Positions 58,144-64,000 of a stretch of DNA of 64,000 nucleotides are shown here, in pieces. Position 1 is the stretch's first letter, and each line of letters begins with the position of its first letter. Source of the stretch: an uncultured delta proteobacterium (GTDB lineage Bacteria > Myxococcota_A > UBA9160 > SZUA-336); contig CAVPHD010000001.1 of assembly GCA_963704165.1 (NCBI GenBank), forward strand, positions 192,001-256,000, given 5' to 3'. The notes under the pieces are model-generated. The model saw nothing but the letters and a program-made list of their open reading frames with translations, was not told the origin of the DNA and made no database searches. The translations under genes and the position numbers were made by a program.

Positions 58144-59065
58144 CTAGAAGAGCGCGATCGGATTCACGGGCGAGGCCGTGCCGCGGAAGCAGGACGAGGG
58201 GCGCGATCGTCAGCAGGAACTCCCAGCGCGCCTCGGCTTCGCACGCCTTTGCGAGAAGCTCGAGCTCGAGGTTGTCGATCAGGTGCAGGCCGAGCGCGAC
58301 GATCGCGACCGTGTGGATCGGCATCGACACACCGTCGACACGCGAGGGCAGGACGTCCGAAACGCCGTCGCAACCCAGCGCCGCGACTCCGCGCGCGTGC
58401 AGCCATGGCAGACACGACGCGTCGAGACCCGCGAGCACGAGACGCGGATCCCACGGACCCCGCGCCTCGCGCAGCGCCCACCGACCCGTGCGCACGAACA
58501 GGATGTCGCCGGATTCGACGCGAAGGCCGGCGTCCTGCTCGGCGCGCTCGAGATCGTCGGGAAAGATCGGCTCGCCATTCTCCAGGAACGGAACGCCGCG
58601 CGCGCGCGGCACGTCGAGCAGAACACCGCGCGAGACGACACCGTCGCGAAGCTCGTGAATGCCGAGTTCGAGCGCCCCGTGCGCCGTCACGTTCTCGATC
58701 GCGTAGCCGTTGTACAGCTTGCCCTCGTGGAAGATGTGGCAGAGCGCGTCGATGTGAGAGGTGGCGAATCCGTGGGACGCGATCGCGAAGTAGTCGCCGC
58801 CCCATCCTTCCGTCGCGGTCCCGGTCATGTGGTGAGCGACCGGGTTCGGATTCTCGAGGCTCGGCTGCGTCGGCAGTGCCCGCGACGCCGACACGACACG
58901 ACCGCTGCGCACCAGCCGCGCCGCCGCCGCGCGTTTCTCGGGCGTGATCAGATTCAGGGTGCCGAGCTGATCCCGTTCCCCGAAGCGCCCCCAGTTCGAG
59001 AGTGTCTTGTGGAAGGCGAGCACCTGCTCGGCGGAGAGCGGCGTCGGATTCGCGCGCGAGGTCAT
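58144..59065 (-). CDS. Cyclase (kynurenine formamidase-like) family metal hydrolase; frameshift near 58186
   Basis: NWGRFGERDQLGTLN, HGFATSHIDALCH; C-terminal RGTASPVNPIALF in another frame. Confidence 0.88.
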
Positions 59066-59463
59066 CCTGCTCCTCCTTCCACGACGAGACCCACTTCCTG
59101 GCCGAAGGAGAGCTCGAGCGTGTGACCGTCCGGGTCCCTGATGAACGCCCAGTATCCGACCGGCGGGCCGGCATCGTACGGACCGTCGACCAGACATCCG
59201 TCCTTGTCGGCGAGCGCGGCCAGACGATCGACCTCTTCCCGGCTCGCGCAGCCGACACCCAGATGCGCGATCGGCCGAAGCGGATTCTGCACGGCGGCGA
59301 CCTCCACGAGCACGATCACGAAGGGCCGGGTCTTGTCCGAGAGCCACACGACGCCCTTTCGACTGTGCACGACCTGCATTCGCGCATAGCGCGACCAGAA
59401 CGCCACGCTCGCGTCGAGATCCGACGCGGACAGGGCGACGTGAGTGAGACCGACATCGTGCAT
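59062..59463 (-). CDS. VOC/glyoxalase family protein
   Basis: LTHVAL, HLGV, DPDGHTLELS. Confidence 0.9.
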   Translation of the reverse strand: MHDVGLTHVALSASDLDASVAFWSRYARMQVVHSRKGVVWLSDKTRPFVIVLVEVAAVQNPLRPIAHLGVGCASREEVDRLAALADKDGCLVDGPYDAGPPVGYWAFIRDPDGHTLELSFGQEVGLVVEGGAG

Positions 59464-59544
59464 CTGGTCATTCTGCGCGCGATCTGCGCGCCCGGCAACG
59501 AGCTCTTGACCCGACGGCATCGTCCGCAGAGACTGCGACCGGTC

Positions 59545-60923
59545 ATGGCCTGGTTTCGAAATCGCGGACGCAACTCTTCGAGCGACGATCCGACTTGGCG
59601 GGCGACGAGCGCATCGTGATCGCCGTGCTCGAGGGGACCGACACCGGCACGAGCCTGTCCATCTCGGCCGCCGAGTACGAGATCGGCCGCGGCGCCGAGA
59701 CCTCCGTGGCCGACGGCAGGATCAACCTGCGCGACCGCTCCGTCTCGACCCACCAGGCGCGACTCGAGCGCGGGCGGGACGGTTGGTTGCTCGAGCACAA
59801 CTCCGCGGCCACGAACCCGACACTCGTCAATGGCGAGCCCATCCGGCGCAAGCCGATCGCGGCCGGCGACCGGCTTCGCATGGGCCGGGTCATGCTCGAG
59901 GTTCGCTCCGGCACGCTGGAGTCGATCCCGGCCCCCCGGCCTCGCGCGCGGGAGGAGCACACCGAGGTCATTCGCATCGACTCGGTCACGACCACACGGC
60001 ACGGAGCGGGTCACGGAATCTGGGGCCACCTCGTGGTCGTGACGGGCCCCGGAAAGCTCGCGGGAACGCGGCTTCCGCTGCTCGGCGACTCGCTGACGCT
60101 CGGCCGCGCGCAGGACTGCGATCTCGTCCTGCTCGACCCGGGCGTCTCGCGCCAACACGCCGAGCTCGTACGCGAAGGCGATCGGACCGTGCTCGTCCAT
60201 CGCTCCACGACCAACCCGACGCTGCGCAACGGTGCCGCGGTGACCACGCGCACCGTGCTCGAGGACGGCGACGAGATCGGACTCGCGGATGCCGTGCGGA
60301 TGCGCCTCGAGCTCATGGTCGCGCCCGCGACCGCGGTGGGTGGATTGCGCAAGGTGATGGAGGCGCGCGTCGATCTCGAGCGACAGATCGAGCGCGACTT
60401 CGTGCGCGACGGCACGTTCCTCGACGTGGACATCGCCGATTCCTACGGCCTGAAGGCGAGCGAAACGCGCGCCGAGCGCGTCTTCGTCTCGTTCGAGCGC
60501 TTCCGCGGCTACCTCGGCGATCGCATCGGCGAGCACCGCGGGCGCGTGCTCAACTCGAACGGGGACGAGATCATGGCGTTCTTCGATCGCGCGTCCGACG
60601 CGGTCTCGTGCGCGCGCGCGCTGCTCCTCGGTCTGCGCGACTGGAACGCGCGGGAGAACCTGCTCGAACGCGAGTTTCGCGTTCGCATCGGCGTTCACAC
60701 GGGGCGCTCCGCGGTCGATCTCGCGAGCGGTGTCGCCTACAGCCCGGTTCTCGACGTCGCCGGACATCTGCAGAAGAACGCGCCCGTCGGGGGCGTGTTG
60801 ATCTCCGCGACCACGCAGGCCGAGCTCGGAAGCGAAGCGGCGGATCTCGAACCCGGAACGAAGCTCGCGCGCGAGAACATGACGACGTGGGTGCTCACGC
60901 CCGAGCGCCTCGCGCGGATCTGA
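59545..60923 (+). CDS. FHA-FHA-class III cyclase-like protein; start is TTG 59595, or ATG 59545 with a frameshift
   Basis: Two FHA motifs (IGR..SVSTHQA..TNPT; LGR..VSRQHA..TNPT); cyclase VDIADS, NGDE, RIGVHTG. Confidence 0.85.
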
Positions 60924-60936
60924 GGAGAAGGTGCAC

Positions 60937-61536
60937 ATGCGACTCTACGACTTCCTCGAATCCGGGAACGGCTACAAGGTCCGGCTTCTGCTGACGCAGC
61001 TCGGTGTCCCCTTCGAGCGGATCGAGCTCGACATCCTGAAGGGAGAGACGCGCACCGCCGAGTTCCTGCGCCGGAATCCCAACGGCCGGATTCCCTGCCT
61101 CGAGCTCGAGGACGGCACGCATCTCTGGGAGTCGAACGCGATCCAGTTCTACCTGGCCGAGGGCAACCGACTTCCTGCCGGCGGGCCGGCTCGAGCGCGC
61201 GCAGGTGCTGCAGTGGATGTTCTTCGAGCAGTACAGCCACGAGCCGTACATCGCGGTCGTGCGCTTCTGGCACCACGCGGGCGTGATCGAGTCGAAGCGC
61301 GACCAGCTCGCCGAGAAGATGGAGCGCGGCTACGCGGCGCTCGCGGTGATGGAGACGCACCTGCGCGAGCGGACGTTCTTCGTCGCCGAGCGCTACTCGA
61401 TCGCCGACATCGCGCTCTACGCCTACACGCACGTGGCGCACGAGGGCGGCTTCGATCTCGCGCGCTTTCCGTCGGTCGGCGCCTGGCTCGCGCGCGTTCG
61501 CGCGCAGCCCGCCACGTGCCGATCACGAAGGCTTGA
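60937..61536 (+). CDS. Glutathione S-transferase; two compensating frameshifts (~61165, ~61511)
   Basis: SGNGYKVRL, NPNGRIP, ESNAI; middle QWMFFEQYSHEP, SIADIALYAYTH in ORF 61205. Confidence 0.88.
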   Translation: MRLYDFLESGNGYKVRLLLTQLGVPFERIELDILKGETRTAEFLRRNPNGRIPCLELEDGTHLWESNAIQFYLAEGNRLPAGGPARARAGAAVDVLRAVQPRAVHRGRALLAPRGRDRVEARPARREDGARLRGARGDGDAPARADVLRRRALLDRRHRALRLHARGARGRLRSRALSVGRRLARARSRAARHVPITKA

Positions 61537-62136
61537 TCGCGACCAGTCGGACCACGGCGGCGGGGCCGCGGTGTCCTTCGCCCTCGTCGAGCTCGGTCTC
61601 GGTCTCTTCGAGAAGCGCGATTTCCATTCCGGCGAAGTCGAGCGCGAGGTCGGCCGCGGTCTGCAGCCGGTCGGGTGTCGACGGCCCCCCGCTCGGTCGG
61701 CCGAGCTGCGCGGGCGTGAACGCTTCGAGGATCACGCGCCCCCCGGGCCGCAGCGCTCGCGTCGCCGCAGGTGCACCGCCCTGCGCATCTCGGGCGGCAG
61801 GTGTACGAAGATCAGTGCGACTGCGTCGAAGCTCGACTCGGGAAGCGGGTACTCGGGCACGCGACCGATCACGACTTCGAGCTCGACTCCGAAGCGCCGG
61901 GCGAGCGCCGTGCACTTGTGCGCGGCGACGGCGGACTGGTCGAGCGAGGTGACGCGAAACCCGTTCCGCGCGAGCCACACGCCGTTGCGGCCTTCGCCGT
62001 CGCCGAGACACAGCACCGCACCGCCCTTCTCGATCTCTTCGGCGCGCGAGGCGAGGAACGCGTTCGGCTCGGCACCGAACCGGTACGCATCCCCCTGATA
62101 GACGCGATCCCAGAACTCGGCTTCGGGATGACTCAC
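61523..62136 (-). CDS. Class I SAM methyltransferase; frameshift ~61765
   Basis: FWDRVY, EPNAFL, LGDGEGRN; LRPGGRVILEAF, EGEGHRG in second frame. Confidence 0.87.
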
Positions 62137-62607
62137 AGCCAGCGCCTGACGCGCGCGCGGTACGCGCGGTACACGTCGCCGAACTTCCGCTCGAGGTACG
62201 CCTCCTCGCGCAGGATGACACCGAAGTGCATCACGACGAGGAGCGGCGCGAGCAGACCGAGCACCCAGAGGCTGTCTCCCATCACCGCCGCGCCGGAATA
62301 GAGCGACATCAGGCCGATGTAGAGCGGATTGCGCGAGTACCGGTACGGCCCGTCGGTGACGATCGTCTCGGTCGGCCGGTGCGTCTCGATGTTCGTGCCC
62401 GCGCGGCGCTGCTGGCGGATTCCCGCGGTCATGACGAAAGTGCCGAATCGCGAGCAGCACGGTGCCGAGCCACGAAGCGCAGTCGGGCCCGGGACGAAGC
62501 TCGTCGGCCAGACGAACTCCAGCGCGAAGCCGGTCGCGATCGTGGCCGAGGAAGATCTGCGGCGGTCGCGCGATCACCGCCGGATGGTCGGGAAGAGACA
62601 CCGTCAT
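62133..62607 (-). CDS. Isoprenylcysteine carboxylmethyltransferase/PEMT family membrane protein; several frameshifts
   Basis: GPYRYSRNPLY, EEAYLERKFGDVY..Y..RVRRWL; N-terminus ARPPQIFL. Confidence 0.85.
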
Positions 62608-63867
62608 GTGACACCTCCGAGGTCCACTTCGAAAATCGTTCCGCCGCCCTCCCGGGGTCGGCAGCGCGCCTCGCCCCCGTGGTGGCGCGCGATCTGGCGC
62701 ACGAGCGCGAGACCGAGACCGAAGCTGCCGTCCTTCGACTCGGCCGCACCCGTCGGGCGATAGAAGGGCGCGAAGATCCGCTCTCGCTCGCTCTCGGGAA
62801 CGCCGGGGCCGCGATCGGCGACACGGAGCCGCGCGCGCCCGGGACCGAGCTTCGCGACCGTGAGCTCGACCTCCGCGCCGTTGCCGTGCCGCTCGCGCGT
62901 TCTCGAGCAGGTTTCGCACGAGCCGGCGCAGCAACGTGCGGTCGCCGACCAGATCCACCGCCTCGCCGTCGACGGATCCACCGCACTCCGACGCCTCCTC
63001 GGCGGCGAGCCCGAGCAGATCGATCGGCTCTCTGCGCTCGAGGGCGTGGCCGGGGCCGAGCGCTTCGAGACGGCTCGCGAGCAGGAGCTCGCCGATCAGA
63101 TCGTCGAGCTCGGCGATGTCGCGCGCGACGCGCGCGCGAAGCTCCGCGCCCTCCTCGCCGCCGAGGAGCTCGATCGCGACACGGATTCGCGCGAGCGGTG
63201 AACGCAGCTCGTGCGACGCGGACGCGAGCGTTCCGCGCTGCGCGGCGACGAGGGTCTCGATTCGTTCGGCGGCGCGATTGAAGCTCCGGGCGAGATCGGC
63301 GATCTCGTCGGCACCGCGCACCTCGACACGCGCCGAGAGATCACCGGAGCCGAGCGCCTCGACCTGTGCACCGAGTCGCTCCAGTCGGCGCGTGATCCTT
63401 CGCGTGATCGGGTACGCCCCGAGCGCGATCGCGGCCGCGAGCGCCGCGATGCCGATCACCCAGCCGAATCGCTCGTGCGCGTGATGAGCGGCGAGCGTGC
63501 GGCCGTCGGGAAGCCTCACGGCGAACATCGTGCTGTGCTGGCGGTGCGTGCTGCCGCGCTCGAGGTCGCGCGAGTCGGGGGCGGGGAGCAGCGCGCCGAC
63601 GTGGGCGATCAGGCCGCCGTTCGCGTCGCGCAGCGTCATGTCGGCTTCGAGGTCCCCCGCGAGAAGCGCGAGCGCGGCCTGGGTTTCGGCTGCCGGCGCG
63701 TCCGGCGGTGGAAGCGCGCGCGCGATCACCGCGCCCACGCCCTGGAAGAGCCGCCTTCCGTCGTCGCGAGACGGGCCGATCACGCTCCACGCGAGCCCGA
63801 TCAAGAGCGTGAAGACGACCAGGATCGCGACCACCATCAGGTAGACCTGCAGGTACAGGCGTCGCAT
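62604..63867 (-). CDS. HAMP sensor histidine kinase; frameshift ~62895
   Basis: DEIADLARSFN, SHELRSPL, NLLENA; DRGPGVP, GLGLALV in second frame. Confidence 0.92.
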
Positions 63868-64000
63868 CAGGAGTCCCCATCCTCGTCGCCGTCCTCGTCC
63901 TGGCGGCGCGCGAATACGTAGCCGGCGCCGCGGAGCGTGAGGATCCGGCGCGGTCGGCGCGGGTCGTCCTCGATCGCGGCGCGGATCCGCGATATGTGCA
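63867..64000 (-). CDS. OmpR-family response regulator, C-terminal fragment
   Basis: HISRIRAAIEDDPRRPRRILTLRGAGYVF; stop overlaps the kinase start. Confidence 0.9.
   Translation of the reverse strand, partial: HISRIRAAIEDDPRRPRRILTLRGAGYVFARRQDEDGDEDGDS

Noticed and set aside
58144..59065. 'Cyclase family' gene as part of cyclic-nucleotide signalling with the neighbouring FHA cyclase
   Set aside because: Name coincidence; this is a kynurenine-formamidase-like metal hydrolase
1..64000. CRISPR arrays, tRNA/rRNA, IS elements, prophage
   Set aside because: No spaced repeats, cloverleaf signatures, transposase/integrase motifs or phage genes seen by eye; covariance-model searches were not run

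Overview
High-GC bacterial chromosomal segment with about 60 densely packed CDSs, mostly accessory metabolism, envelope and signalling genes. The gene mix (DUF1302/DUF1329, VWA, FHA-cyclase, many hydrolases) resembles Myxococcota-like genomes, but this is a weak inference. I found no rRNA, tRNA, CRISPR array or mobile element. All family calls come from motif recognition by eye, not database searches. Highlights: (1) a redox neighbourhood of Coq4-like protein, flavoprotein, ferredoxin, PhyH dioxygenase, AurF-like diiron enzyme and TetR with a visible operator; (2) an FHA-FHA class III cyclase keeping only the metal-binding half of the active site, near a membrane cyclase with atypical specificity residues; (3) an Lpp/OprI-like lipoprotein ending in Lys, clustered with two different L,D-transpeptidase-family genes; (4) two convergent ~70-aa paralogous four-Cys lipoproteins; (5) four 'collapsed' genes (TauD, DyP, amidohydrolase, haloalkane-dehalogenase-like) keeping both termini but lacking the middle; (6) a burst of single-base frameshifts in the last ~6 kb, probably sequence errors.
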